Shown one piece after another: positions 6,138 to 16,723 of a stretch of 39,194 nt of DNA. Within the stretch, counting starts at the first letter, position 1, and every line of letters starts with the position of its first letter. This DNA comes from a virus (lineage: Duplodnaviria; Caudoviricetes): the IMG/VR virus record IMGVR_UViG_3300048576_000459, positions 1 to 39,194 of that record. One strand, written 5' to 3'. Under the pieces are notes generated by a model. That model ran no database searches and had not been told where the DNA came from. It saw nothing but the letters and a program-made list of their open reading frames with translations. Made by a program: the position numbers and the translations under genes.

Positions 6138-7694
6138 CTAACATCCTATAGCCACCCAGCCAATATTAAATGTTTGCTTTCCCACATTAGTATCTGCGGC
6201 TTTCATTTTTATACGCATTTGTGTTTTGCTTTCTGTATTTGCATTTCCAATACATGTACTAGTATATATTTGTCCAAATTCCACATAACTTGCCGCATGA
6301 TCATCTCTACATATAACAGAAGCATTAGTATAAATTACCTTATTAGGAAAAGCTATAGGATAATTATAAGTATATTCAGCACCGAAATAATAACCAACTC
6401 CATATCCATATTGTATTATTGTCCCATCAGGATATTTAATCCATTTTGCCACACCAGTTGTCCCATAGGAAATTTTAGATATTACTGCAGATAATTCATT
6501 TATTGTACGCTGTTTGCCTTCCAAGTTATTATTTATTGCAATTAATCTAGTATCAAGAGTTTCTCCGCTACTTCCATTTACATAAACAGCTTTTGTATCC
6601 GTCTCAAAATGAAATACATCACTATTTTTATTCTGAAACTTCCCATGATAATAAGTGTGCGGTGCTCCACTGCTTGCATCCATCCAAGTATCATTATTTC
6701 TTTCTATATAATATGTTTTATCTATTCTATTAGGATGAGTTCCAATTCTATCATATTCGACTAGATTTATTTTTTCTGCTAAATTTAAAGCATCAATTTG
6801 TTTAACTAAGTTTTCTGCTTTAGTAATACTTGTACCTAAATTGGTATAATTAGTAGCAGAACTTGTATTTTGTTGCCCTAATGCAGTTATATTACTCCTA
6901 GCTTCTGTATTTTTACTATCCAACTTAGTTATATTACTAGTTGCATTAGTGTTTTGAATAGTTAAGCTTCCGATATTGGTTGTAGCACTAGCATTTTGAG
7001 CTACTAAATTATTTATATTTGCTGGTACTTTATCATTTTCGATTTTTAAATTAGCTGTATTAGTTGGTGCTTTAGTATTCTCTGCTTTTAAATTTATTAT
7101 ATTATTATTAGCAACATTATTTTGATTGGTTAAGTTTGTAATATTGGTTGTTGCCACACTGTTTTGGCTTGTTAAATTAGCTATGTTAGTAGTTGCTGCA
7201 TTGTTTTGAGTTAATAAATTAGTTATCTTAGTCTCTGCTGTTGCTATTAATTGATCCAGCTTAGTTATATCAATATCAGCTTTATTTAATGCTTCATTTA
7301 ATTCATCTAATAAATTTGCAACATTTTTGCTAACTTCCATGTCTTCTAACAATATACTTTTTATTACTGTTATTTTTACGCTAAAAGATGATACTTGTTT
7401 TCCACCACTTGTTATTACTAATTGTGCTTCTGCAATTCCATCACTTCTAGTGCAATTCCTCGGACAAATTACAGTAACGGTATTACCACTTGTGTTTACT
7501 AAATCTGTCGTTATTATAGTAATGGTATTGTTAGCATTAACATAATTAAGTGTAATACTGCACCCTGTTAAATCCTTTGCTACTCCATTCTCAAACAACT
7601 TAAATGTTAATACTATATCGTCATTTTGTTGAGCTTGTATAAATTTAATCTTGTCTTTCTTCAAATCGGATTTTATTTGTATATTATTTTGCAT
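6138..7694 (-). CDS. BppU-like baseplate upper / tail fibre protein
   Basis: N-terminal BppU-like domain, central coiled-coil repeats, C-terminal fibre-tip domain (WIKYPDGTIIQYG...YPIAFPN...WVAIG). Confidence 0.8.
   Translation of the reverse strand: MQNNIQIKSDLKKDKIKFIQAQQNDDIVLTFKLFENGVAKDLTGCSITLNYVNANNTITIITTDLVNTSGNTVTVICPRNCTRSDGIAEAQLVITSGGKQVSSFSVKITVIKSILLEDMEVSKNVANLLDELNEALNKADIDITKLDQLIATAETKITNLLTQNNAATTNIANLTSQNSVATTNITNLTNQNNVANNNIINLKAENTKAPTNTANLKIENDKVPANINNLVAQNASATTNIGSLTIQNTNATSNITKLDSKNTEARSNITALGQQNTSSATNYTNLGTSITKAENLVKQIDALNLAEKINLVEYDRIGTHPNRIDKTYYIERNNDTWMDASSGAPHTYYHGKFQNKNSDVFHFETDTKAVYVNGSSGETLDTRLIAINNNLEGKQRTINELSAVISKISYGTTGVAKWIKYPDGTIIQYGYGVGYYFGAEYTYNYPIAFPNKVIYTNASVICRDDHAASYVEFGQIYTSTCIGNANTESKTQMRIKMKAADTNVGKQTFNIGWVAIGC
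6849..7226 (-). repeat. About nine degenerate 14-aa (42-bp) repeats IxxLxxQNxxAxxN in the fibre stalk
   Basis: ITNLLTQNNAATTN / IANLTSQNSVATTN / ITNLTNQNNVANNN / IINLKAENTKAPTN / ... / ITALGQQNTSSATN. Confidence 0.85.
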
Positions 7695-7697
7695 ATC

Positions 7698-7937
7698 TTA
7701 CACCTCCAATACCTTGATATTTGTATCCTCTTTGACAAATTCAACTTTTCCATTAATTACTTTATAGTCCTTTATATTTTTAAGTAGAAACTCATCATAT
7801 TCTACATAAACGTAATTAATTAAATCTACTACATCCTCTTTTTCAGGTCCATAATAATCTAGTGTTTGTTTCCCTGAACAATAACATTTTATTACTCCTG
7901 ACTTTTTCATATAGAATAATGTTATTATGTTATCCAT
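7698..7937 (-). CDS. Small tail-module protein
   Basis: AGGAGG RBS; tightly packed between Tal and fibre genes. Confidence 0.7.
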   Translation of the reverse strand: MDNIITLFYMKKSGVIKCYCSGKQTLDYYGPEKEDVVDLINYVYVEYDEFLLKNIKDYKVINGKVEFVKEDTNIKVLEV

Positions 7938-7938
7938 A

Positions 7939-9828
7939 TTAGCCTCCTATCACAATATACATGCTCTTTAACTCCTTATTATTTTCCAGCCCGTTATATC
8001 CAGCAGTCCAGCTACCTGTTATATTAAATCTAGCATTTACAGTATCTATATTGCCAACCTCTAAGTATATTCTTTTTACATATTCATTTGCCAAGCCACC
8101 TTCAGTATCTACAGTAGAAGCAATTACTCTAAAATCTTTCCCTTTCCACTCGTTTCCTAATTGTATAGTAGCTGTTTTAGGTGCTGAACCAGCAGAACCT
8201 CCAGTAATACAAGTTCCTCCTGTCATTAGAGTGTGGTATGGCCTCCCATTCTTGAAAAAGCCATCTGCATTAGCTTCAGTATATTCTCCATTATGGTGTC
8301 TCCAAGTAGAATTGTGGTTAGTATGTGTTGCTACATCTGAACCATCTGTACTCCCAAATCTGAACTCTCCATCATTTAGATTAATATTTACACTGCCATC
8401 TAAGCTTTCAATTAATACAGTTTTAAGTTTTCCTATAAGCTGGTCTGCATATACTTGTCCGCCAGTTATAAATGTATTCCACATCCATTCTTTATTATCT
8501 GGCGTTCTTTTATTTGCTATCTCTAGCCCTAAAGTTCCTACGGCTGTAGCTCCAAAGGTTGGACTTTTAGGATCTAAATCTTCATAAAACATAGCTCTTA
8601 CGTGTTGCGTTTGTGCTATATCTTTTTGTGCTTTAAACATTGTATTAAATCCATTTATAATTCCAACTATTTCATCTGCTTTAACTTTGCCACCATCTAA
8701 TACTTTGCTAACTGCATTACTTAAATCTGCTTGTTTATCAAAGAAATTTTTTGTAACATCTCCTATTTCTATTTCAATATATTTCTCGGTTAAGATGTTC
8801 CATCTGTAACCAATACATCTAGCTTCTGTTTCAATATTCAATTTATAATGGTTGCATGATACCGTATCTCCTAAATTTATTTCTTCAAGTCCACTATATC
8901 CCATGGATTTATATTCTATAGTTTGACTTATATCTTCCATAGAAGTCTTTATATTGACTGTAGGAACATCTACATGTTGTTCTGTATACATTAGGTTAGC
9001 TAATCTTATAAGCTCTGCTCTAGCTAGTTCCACAGTAGCAAATCCATCTGTATCTGAAGAATTAGTCTTTACCTTTACATTGCTAAACTCAACTACTTTT
9101 TCATGCACTTGAGCATATTTATTTATATTAGGGCTGTCTATCCAAGGTGTTTTACCCGTTAATCTTAAGCCATCATATCCAACTGGTATTATTCTAGTAA
9201 CTACTCCATCCATATTTATATTTTCTGTAATACCAGTCAAGTTTTTACCATATGAAATCCTAACTCCATAGTTGCCACCTATCTTAGTATTCATATAAAT
9301 ATTAAAGTTATTATAGAATAATTCGCCTTTCCATCTATTTATATAGCTATTATCTTCCGTCCCTAATAGAGCTTCTGTAATGATTTTTCTTTCCCATCTA
9401 ACGCTGTCTGTAGTGGTTATATTGCTATGTCCTGTATAACCTGTATTAGCTAATAGTTTTGTTATGGCTCCTTGGCCATCAACTGTTCCTGTAGCCACTA
9501 TCATCACATCATCATTCGCTAAGTCTTTAGCTGTAATATTAATTAAATCTGCTATAATGTGCCTACCATATACTTTATAACTATCCATATCTTTTTCTGT
9601 TTCATAGACTCTAAATAGCTGTCCTTTATCTTTATCCCAAGGAGTATGGCATCTAACTACAGAATCCTTGATTGCATATTCCCAAGCTCCATATTCATCA
9701 AAAGGAAGTTCTATCTCTACGTTTGCTATTCCATTAAGCTCAACACTTAACTCGGCAACATTAGGCTGAATTACCATATCACCATTTTCACTAAAATTCT
9801 TATTATCCGGATTATATACTTGTATCAT
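7939..9828 (-). CDS. Tal-like tail endopeptidase / tail spike protein
   Basis: QLFRVY, RWKGELFYNNF, YGKNLTGI, VVTRIIPVGYDG and LGDTV motifs; follows Dit. Confidence 0.88.
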   Translation of the reverse strand: MIQVYNPDNKNFSENGDMVIQPNVAELSVELNGIANVEIELPFDEYGAWEYAIKDSVVRCHTPWDKDKGQLFRVYETEKDMDSYKVYGRHIIADLINITAKDLANDDVMIVATGTVDGQGAITKLLANTGYTGHSNITTTDSVRWERKIITEALLGTEDNSYINRWKGELFYNNFNIYMNTKIGGNYGVRISYGKNLTGITENINMDGVVTRIIPVGYDGLRLTGKTPWIDSPNINKYAQVHEKVVEFSNVKVKTNSSDTDGFATVELARAELIRLANLMYTEQHVDVPTVNIKTSMEDISQTIEYKSMGYSGLEEINLGDTVSCNHYKLNIETEARCIGYRWNILTEKYIEIEIGDVTKNFFDKQADLSNAVSKVLDGGKVKADEIVGIINGFNTMFKAQKDIAQTQHVRAMFYEDLDPKSPTFGATAVGTLGLEIANKRTPDNKEWMWNTFITGGQVYADQLIGKLKTVLIESLDGSVNINLNDGEFRFGSTDGSDVATHTNHNSTWRHHNGEYTEANADGFFKNGRPYHTLMTGGTCITGGSAGSAPKTATIQLGNEWKGKDFRVIASTVDTEGGLANEYVKRIYLEVGNIDTVNARFNITGSWTAGYNGLENNKELKSMYIVIGG

Positions 9829-9882
9829 TTACTCTCCTTTCTAACCCAATGCATAAAAATAAGGCTATACAATGTATGCCCT

Positions 9883-10629
9883 TTAAATTGTTTTCCAGTT
9901 TGGAATAACTTCTATGCTATTTATTTTTCCGCCAGTACCAGCACTAAAATTTATAGTGTTTTCGCCTTCTTGTAAATATAAATCTTCGAAAGAGCCTTGT
10001 CTTAATGCTAGGTTAATCATCTGGTTATTCTTAAAGCATAATTTTAATTGTGTATCTATCGTCACTTCTTGTCCTACATTTATTACTACTGGTTTATTGT
10101 TTACAGTTAATGTAACATTGCCCTCACCTCTAATAACATAAATAGGTTTGGCTACCTCATAATCATTATCTAAGATCATGTTATTACTTAACTCTATTTC
10201 TTCTTGTCCCTCTTCTATCCATACATAAGGACTACATATAAAATCTATTGTAAAAGTTCCTACATTTAATTTTCTATCAATATCAGTTTTAGCATATTTA
10301 ACTTTATAAAACACTCCTAAATCATCTGACATTCTTAGGTGGTTATCATTTATTCTGTTTATCCACCTCTTTACTCTTCTAGCAGTTTCCTGAAAGTTCT
10401 TTCTATCTATAAAATCATATGGCACTGAAATTGTAATATTTTTATATCCGCCTTCATCTATTGTCAAAGGCTCATCTCTTCCCTCTCTCTCTTCTTCCTT
10501 TATATTCTTTTCAGGTGAAGGTACATTAGGTCGTTTTATAGCTCTAATCCCTATCTCCATATTGGTATAATCATTAAATATAGTATAAAAATCTGTGCTT
10601 ATATTATTGCCATAAAACACTCCGATCAC
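9883..10629 (-). CDS. Distal tail protein (Dit)
   Basis: After the tape measure gene; EGRDEPL, FTIDFICSPY and LQEGENTI motifs. Confidence 0.85.
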   Translation of the reverse strand: MIGVFYGNNISTDFYTIFNDYTNMEIGIRAIKRPNVPSPEKNIKEEEREGRDEPLTIDEGGYKNITISVPYDFIDRKNFQETARRVKRWINRINDNHLRMSDDLGVFYKVKYAKTDIDRKLNVGTFTIDFICSPYVWIEEGQEEIELSNNMILDNDYEVAKPIYVIRGEGNVTLTVNNKPVVINVGQEVTIDTQLKLCFKNNQMINLALRQGSFEDLYLQEGENTINFSAGTGGKINSIEVIPNWKTI

Positions 10630-13600
10630 ACCTTTCTATTGGTTTGTTTCCTATCAATTTTCTTAACAACCCCATCAGCTAACATATTAGTTAATTCTTT
10701 ATTTCCTAAGTATAAATGAAGCTCATTAACAATAGTTCCATTGCTATCTTTAGTTTTCATATTGCTAAAGGCATTTCCTATTTCTGTTGCTATTCCAGAA
10801 GCTAGAGCATCTATAGCCTTTACAGTATTGCTCTGTATCCCTGTTTCTATTGCTCTATTCATCTTTGCGGTAGTCATAAGTGCATTAGTAACTTTAGTTC
10901 CACTTGATAAATAAGCACTATCATAATTACTAGCCATTAAACTACTGGTTAAAGAAAAGCTTTGACTTCCACTAATGGAATCAAATAATTCTTGGCCACG
11001 TTCATTTACATTGTAAACACCTGCTGGAGCATTGCTTGTACCTTCTGCTTGTCCAAAGAATCCACCAATAGCACCCATAATACCTCCATTCTTAAAAAAT
11101 CCAGCTAATGCTCCTTCAATTCTAGTACCTATAGTAACTTGTTTATATCCAGGCACATCGTTAACTGCTTGAGTAACTCCATTCACATCTCTAATAGTAC
11201 CATCAGCATTAGTGGAAATTGCAACAGGAGTTCCGTTAATATTTAGTATTCCTTGTACAGTACCATCTGTAGCTGTGGTTACATTTTGCAAGCTTCCAAC
11301 AACATCCCCATTAGCATTCTTTATTTGTCCCGCAGAATTAACAGTATTACCAGCCATATTATTCATTGCTGCATTCATAATATCTCCCGTAACTGTTGTT
11401 TGTCCTGCTACATCTTTTAAACTATTTTCTATATCTTTACTATAAGCTCCCATATTGCCACTTAATCCATCATACATTCCTGTTATTTCTCCTGTATTTT
11501 GATCTACTGTAACACTAACTTTTTGTAAAGAACCAGTAATAGTATTTTCCATTAAATATGTTCCACTTTGAGTTATGCTATCTAGATTTTCATAATGGCT
11601 TTTTAACTTTTCTAATTCTTTTTGACTTTCTAATTCTTTTGCATCTAATTCAGCACCAGTAAACTTGTTTATATTTTTCATTATTTCAGGATATTTTTCT
11701 TGAATTACTTTGATATATCCATCATACTTACTATTTGCTATTCCTAATTCTTTTGTTTCTTGTTCTGTTAAGGATGTTATTTTAGCTTCATTATCTTTTC
11801 TTTCTTCTTCTGTACAATCCTTTAAACTAGCCTTTAATATACCAATACTCTTGTCATAATGGCCTCTAATCTTCTCTACTTCATCATTTCTTGTCTGTGC
11901 CTGTTGTGAAGCTATTTCCTTTGCATTCTCTAAACTTAGTGTATTAGCTTGTTGTTTAAACACCTCTAAGTCTTGTGAATTTGTTTTCTCTTTAGCTATC
12001 ATTTGTTCTCCATATATATCCTGTAGTTGTACTATTTTATCATTGAGTTGTTTTCTACCTTCTACAGTGTTTAATGCTCCATTCTTTTCAAGTTCATTTT
12101 CTTCTTGTTGAAGAGTAGTTATTTTATTCTTAATATCAGTACCAGCTTTATCCATAGAATCAAGAATCTTTTGTTCACTCTCATCTATTATTCCATCAAG
12201 CATGAAAGTATCTTTAAGTGTATTATAAGATTCACTTTGCACAGTGCCTAATTGATCATTAACAGTCTTGAATAAATCATTAAATTTAGTAATAAGTGAA
12301 TTCTTTTCTTCATCTGTTATAGCATCAGATACATTCACTCTATCAATTTCAAACTGTAACTCTCTAAATTTATTAGCTGTATCTGTTAAAGCATCTTGTG
12401 TTTCTTTGCTTGTATTCTCGCTAAAATCTTTATATTCAATGCCCATATCTTGTAATTCAGCCTTGGAATATCTTTGTATTCCCATAAGACTAGCCATGGC
12501 ACGTTCCATCAAACTCATTTTGTCAGTAGTTGTAGAGATACCAGTTTTCATTACATCATTTGCTTCATGTAGTGCATAGATTCCACCAGCTACTACACCT
12601 ATGACACCAACTATAGGTAATAATACACCACTAAAAACACCAAATGCTCCTGCACTAGCTGTTGTAGCTCCTGCCATTGCTTCTGTTGCGACTGTTGCCG
12701 TTTCTGTTGCTGTTGCAAATTTACCAATGAAACTTAATAGTTTACCACCAGCTCCAAGAATGTCTGAAGAAGCTTTTACTACGCCACCAGTTACCTTCAA
12801 TAATCCACCAGTAGCAAAAGTAATCATTCCTGTTTTTAGTATTAACTGTTGTGTTCCACTATCCAAGCTACCAAACCATTTTACTAAGTTTTCTAAGCCT
12901 CCTATCATATCAGTAACATATGGTAAAAGTTTATCGCCTATTTCAATCCCAAATTCTTTTAATTTATTTTTGCAAATTTCTATCTTAGATTTAGTAGTTT
13001 CATAACGTTTTTCTGCTTCATTTGTTAGAGCCACATTCTTATCCCACGCATTTGTACTCAGATTAATAGATTGTGTAAATTTATCACCTGCACCACTAGC
13101 TCTTAAAAGCGCATCTCTCATTCTAACCTCTGTTATCCCCATACTATCTAACACACTTATTGCACTAGTACCATTCTTTTCACAATTTTGTAGTCCTTTT
13201 ATAAATTCTAGCAATGCACCTGTTGCATCTTTCTTGAAAGATTGACTAAATTCATTTGCTGTTTTCCCTGTAACTTTACTAAATGCTTCTAAGCTAGCAG
13301 AACTATCAACCATTTTCTTTAGTTCTTCACTTGTCATTCCCATACCTTCAGCTAGAGCTTTAAACTTTTTAGCACTTTTATCTTGTAGCATTTGTAAATC
13401 TCTAAGACCATACCCTGTCTTAGCTATAACATCATTAGCTTTAGAACCTGTTTCACTTGCTAATTGCATTTGTACCATCAGTTTACTAAATGCACTTCCT
13501 CCAGCTTCTGCTTCAACACCAACACTAGACAATCCAGCACCTAACCCAACTATTTGAGCTTCGCTCATTCCTACTTGATGCCCTGCTCCAGCTAACCGTA

Positions 13601-14660
13601 AACTCATTTCGGTAATATCGCTCTCCGTTGTAGCCATGTTATTACCTAGTTCAACTACCGAACTACCTAACCTTTGAAAATTTTCTTGTGGCATTTGAGT
13701 AATATTAGCTAACTTTGCTAATGCAATTGCAGCCTCTTCACTGCTTAAATTTGTACTATCCCCCATCATAACCATTGTTTTAGTAAAATCTAATACATTT
13801 TCAGTTTTAATCCCCAATTGCCCTGCTGCTTCGCCAACTGTACTTATTTGCTCTGCACTTTCTGGCATTTCTTCACTTAATTTCAATATTCCTTGTCGTA
13901 TTTCTTCTAGTTGCTCTGGAGTTCCATCAACAGTTTTCTTAACACCAGCAAAAGCACTTTCAAAATCCACCGCGCTCTTAACGCCTAATGCCCCTACAAC
14001 AGCAAATGGAGCACTTAACCCCATTAAAGAACCGCCAACATCACTTACTGTGCCACCAACACTTTTCAGTTTTTCGGACGCATCAGTAAATTTTTTACCA
14101 GCCTGTATAAAACCGCTAGACTGCTCACTTATAGCCTTATTGGTTTCTTTCATTTGTAGTTGGTATTTTGCTAATTCTGCTTCTGTTTGTACTATTTGTC
14201 TTTGGCTAGAATTTAAGCTACTAACATTGTTTTTAATTTTATCATTCATTTCATTATATTCAGATTTACATTGGCTTATTTTTTCTTTAAGTTTTTGGAC
14301 TTCTTCACTCTCTTTTCCATATGTTTTTATAGCTTGATTGTATTCTGCTGTGAGTTCTTTTTTCTTATTTACTAATTGCTCTAAAGCCTGCTTATTTGAA
14401 TTTAGTTTAGTTGTAGTAGTATCCAAATTACTTTTATATTTGTTTAGCTTATCAGTAACTTGTGAAATTTGAGTTTTTAATAAAGTATGCTTTTCTCCAA
14501 GCGTTTGGAGATTACTGCCATATAAATTCATCTTCGCTGAAGCTGTTTGCAACTCTTTAGCTGTTAAATTAATTTGTTGCTTAGTTTCATTCAAATTACG
14601 ATTAAATTCATCATTTTTAACAGTAAATACTACACTAACCTTCTTTTCACTATTGGCCAT
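10626..14660 (-). CDS. Tail tape measure protein (TP901 family)
   Basis: 1344 aa; AVDFESAFAGVKKTVD, AAGQLGI and EAEAGGSAFSK core motifs; long coiled coils. Confidence 0.96.
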   Translation of the reverse strand: MANSEKKVSVVFTVKNDEFNRNLNETKQQINLTAKELQTASAKMNLYGSNLQTLGEKHTLLKTQISQVTDKLNKYKSNLDTTTTKLNSNKQALEQLVNKKKELTAEYNQAIKTYGKESEEVQKLKEKISQCKSEYNEMNDKIKNNVSSLNSSQRQIVQTEAELAKYQLQMKETNKAISEQSSGFIQAGKKFTDASEKLKSVGGTVSDVGGSLMGLSAPFAVVGALGVKSAVDFESAFAGVKKTVDGTPEQLEEIRQGILKLSEEMPESAEQISTVGEAAGQLGIKTENVLDFTKTMVMMGDSTNLSSEEAAIALAKLANITQMPQENFQRLGSSVVELGNNMATTESDITEMSLRLAGAGHQVGMSEAQIVGLGAGLSSVGVEAEAGGSAFSKLMVQMQLASETGSKANDVIAKTGYGLRDLQMLQDKSAKKFKALAEGMGMTSEELKKMVDSSASLEAFSKVTGKTANEFSQSFKKDATGALLEFIKGLQNCEKNGTSAISVLDSMGITEVRMRDALLRASGAGDKFTQSINLSTNAWDKNVALTNEAEKRYETTKSKIEICKNKLKEFGIEIGDKLLPYVTDMIGGLENLVKWFGSLDSGTQQLILKTGMITFATGGLLKVTGGVVKASSDILGAGGKLLSFIGKFATATETATVATEAMAGATTASAGAFGVFSGVLLPIVGVIGVVAGGIYALHEANDVMKTGISTTTDKMSLMERAMASLMGIQRYSKAELQDMGIEYKDFSENTSKETQDALTDTANKFRELQFEIDRVNVSDAITDEEKNSLITKFNDLFKTVNDQLGTVQSESYNTLKDTFMLDGIIDESEQKILDSMDKAGTDIKNKITTLQQEENELEKNGALNTVEGRKQLNDKIVQLQDIYGEQMIAKEKTNSQDLEVFKQQANTLSLENAKEIASQQAQTRNDEVEKIRGHYDKSIGILKASLKDCTEEERKDNEAKITSLTEQETKELGIANSKYDGYIKVIQEKYPEIMKNINKFTGAELDAKELESQKELEKLKSHYENLDSITQSGTYLMENTITGSLQKVSVTVDQNTGEITGMYDGLSGNMGAYSKDIENSLKDVAGQTTVTGDIMNAAMNNMAGNTVNSAGQIKNANGDVVGSLQNVTTATDGTVQGILNINGTPVAISTNADGTIRDVNGVTQAVNDVPGYKQVTIGTRIEGALAGFFKNGGIMGAIGGFFGQAEGTSNAPAGVYNVNERGQELFDSISGSQSFSLTSSLMASNYDSAYLSSGTKVTNALMTTAKMNRAIETGIQSNTVKAIDALASGIATEIGNAFSNMKTKDSNGTIVNELHLYLGNKELTNMLADGVVKKIDRKQTNRKV

Positions 14661-14698
14661 GTTTTCCCTCCTTTCTATAAAATAAAAAAGGATAGTCC

Positions 14699-15310
14699 TT
14701 AAAACATATCCTTTAGCCTTGTACCTTCAATTATTTCTTCTTTTTCTCCATATTCATTAGCTTTTTTTCTAGTATTTTGAATTACCATATCTCTCTGTAA
14801 TATAATGTTCTTATAATACTCTGCATTTAATTTATTTAATGTTCCTATCTCCCTTGGACTACTATTTAAAAACTCTTCTTCAGTCATATTTAACTGATAA
14901 ATAGCATTATAATAGTTACTGTCCCAAAATCTTAAAAACTCATTTTCATTACTTTCCTTTTCAGCTTCTTCTTCAGAATCATTTTCTTCATTTTCGAAAA
15001 TATCTTCAACTCTCCACTCTGTAACTATAAGCATAAATAAAACAGGGAATAAATTTTCTTTAACTTTTTCTATTATTTCTTGTAGATCTTCTAAACTTAT
15101 CTCTCCATTTAGCATACAGTACAAAATATCTATATAATATTTTTCTTTATCTTCTGCTTTAATAAAATTGTCTATATAATCTATTGGACTACAATTAGAG
15201 TTACTTTCTCTTAATAAACTATTTAAATTTCTTAAAAATCTAAAATCAAATTTCAATTCTCTTTCTTCATCATTAATACTTAGTTCCAGTAAATAATTGT
15301 CTCCTAGCAT
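14699..15310 (-). CDS. Tail assembly chaperone (single ORF, apparently G+T-like fusion)
   Basis: Between major tail and tape measure genes; ELKFDFRFL N-domain, acidic linker, LNMTEEEFLNSSPRE C-domain. Confidence 0.7.
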   Translation of the reverse strand: MLGDNYLLELSINDEERELKFDFRFLRNLNSLLRESNSNCSPIDYIDNFIKAEDKEKYYIDILYCMLNGEISLEDLQEIIEKVKENLFPVLFMLIVTEWRVEDIFENEENDSEEEAEKESNENEFLRFWDSNYYNAIYQLNMTEEEFLNSSPREIGTLNKLNAEYYKNIILQRDMVIQNTRKKANEYGEKEEIIEGTRLKDMF

Positions 15311-15326
15311 TTAGCACCTTCCCTAT

Positions 15327-15362
15327 AAAAAAGTAAGGATGGAATAAATCCACCCTTGTTTT
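15327..15362 (-). terminator. Terminator/attenuator after the major tail gene
   Basis: Minus strand CAAGGGTGGATTTATTCCATCCTTACTTTTT. Confidence 0.6.
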
Positions 15363-15985
15363 TATTTAGCAGTTGTAGTTTCCTCTGTTTTGGTTGTTGT
15401 GCTGGCTGTTTTAACTGCTGGTATCGGAACAGTTTTCCCCCAAATTTCTGCCCAAGCTTTTGCGTCAAAATCTGCTGAATCGCTTGAAACTGTACTACAA
15501 TACTTTCCATCATCTAAATCTTGAAATGTTCCCGATATTTGCTTAGACTGAAACTCTGTTTTTCCTTTTTCCTTTGACTTCCCTTTTACTTCGGGCTCTT
15601 GGCATTGCCCTTTAAATAATGTTGTATAATCCGTTACCTCCGCACTTTCAGTCCTTGAATGTTGTTCAAACATTAGAGCCACATAAGGAACAACATCTGT
15701 TGAAGATTTTATAATTTCACCTTTTGTCCCCATTTTATGACCATACAAATCACAATAAGCTTCATCTGCTATGTTATATAACGAAAATGTTACATCAGTT
15801 CCTCCGTATTCAGTCGTTTGCAGATATGTTTTATCTGCTGCATTTGCACTTGATGTACTCATAGAATGTTTATTGGTTACCTCTATTAAATCTCCTGCCT
15901 CTTTTACTGGTCCATATTCATTTTTTTCATCTAATACACTATAATATATTTTCCCTAACCCTGTATTTGCTTTCTTTTTTGGCAT
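15362..15985 (-). CDS. Major tail protein (phi13-like)
   Basis: GLGKIYYS, DLYGH and PYVALMFE...LFKG motifs; position in tail module. Confidence 0.85.
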   Translation of the reverse strand: MPKKKANTGLGKIYYSVLDEKNEYGPVKEAGDLIEVTNKHSMSTSSANAADKTYLQTTEYGGTDVTFSLYNIADEAYCDLYGHKMGTKGEIIKSSTDVVPYVALMFEQHSRTESAEVTDYTTLFKGQCQEPEVKGKSKEKGKTEFQSKQISGTFQDLDDGKYCSTVSSDSADFDAKAWAEIWGKTVPIPAVKTASTTTKTEETTTAK

Positions 15986-16001
15986 TTTACATCATCCTTT
16001 C

Positions 16002-16364
16002 CTATTTAAAAACTTTCTTGTTAAAACGAATACCTCTATGATATAAAGCTGTTTCTTGTTCATAAAGCTCTATTCCATAAAGGTATCCATACTCTTTTTC
16101 TTTTAGCACATCTTGCACTATTTGATCTAATTTAAAATAATCTTTTAATCCAGCTACATTACTAAATATATCTACTTGTATAGTAGCTTCTAAAGTTAAA
16201 TTATCATCACCACAAAAATCCTCTTCAGTATCTCTTATAATTTCAAATTCTATATATACATTAGGTTTGCTGTCTCCTGACATATGCAAATAATAAATAT
16301 TTTTACCTACTATATCAGTGATTCTAGTGTCTTGGAGATCCTTATTTAATATGTCTCTAATCAC
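16002..16364 (-). CDS. Tail terminator / completion protein
   Basis: IQVDIFS and LYEQETALYH motifs; position. Confidence 0.75.
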   Translation of the reverse strand: MIRDILNKDLQDTRITDIVGKNIYYLHMSGDSKPNVYIEFEIIRDTEEDFCGDDNLTLEATIQVDIFSNVAGLKDYFKLDQIVQDVLKEKEYGYLYGIELYEQETALYHRGIRFNKKVFK

Positions 16365-16714
16365 TTAAGCACCTCATTCTTCATGGCTTCAACAACTTTA
16401 TCTGCACAACCTTCAACAGCTCTTTCGAAGAATCCTACATTGTGTTTTTGCTGGCTTGTACCCCAATCCTGAAAACTAGAATACCATTCGCCAACATAAA
16501 CCTTACAAGCTAAATCCCCATTAACTCTAGTTATTTGTTTCTTTTCACTTTCTTTCATTTTCCCAGTTTTTTCTGGTGTATTTTTGCTTGCAGCTTCTAA
16601 AAGTATATCTCCACCAGCATTCAAAGCTCTTCTAGCTTTTGCATCAGATATATCCATTTCAGTACAAAGATTTTGTAAATCATCTAATCCATCAAAACTT
16701 AATTCCACACTCAT
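16361..16714 (-). CDS. HK97 gp10-family neck protein
   Basis: TPEKTGKMKES and FQDWGTS...FF motifs. Confidence 0.85.
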   Translation of the reverse strand: MSVELSFDGLDDLQNLCTEMDISDAKARRALNAGGDILLEAASKNTPEKTGKMKESEKKQITRVNGDLACKVYVGEWYSSFQDWGTSQQKHNVGFFERAVEGCADKVVEAMKNEVLK

Positions 16715-16723
16715 ACAATCACC

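Noticed and set aside
6138-6500. Diversity-generating retroelement targeting the fibre tip
   Set aside because: No reverse transcriptase gene and no template repeat seen in the window
7961-14337. + strand ORFs inside Tal, Dit and tape measure genes (up to 208 aa)
   Set aside because: Antisense shadows expected from codon bias
15304-15513. 69-aa ORF considered as a frameshift extension of the major tail protein
   Set aside because: No canonical in-frame slippery heptamer; no Ig-like domain; it runs through the terminator
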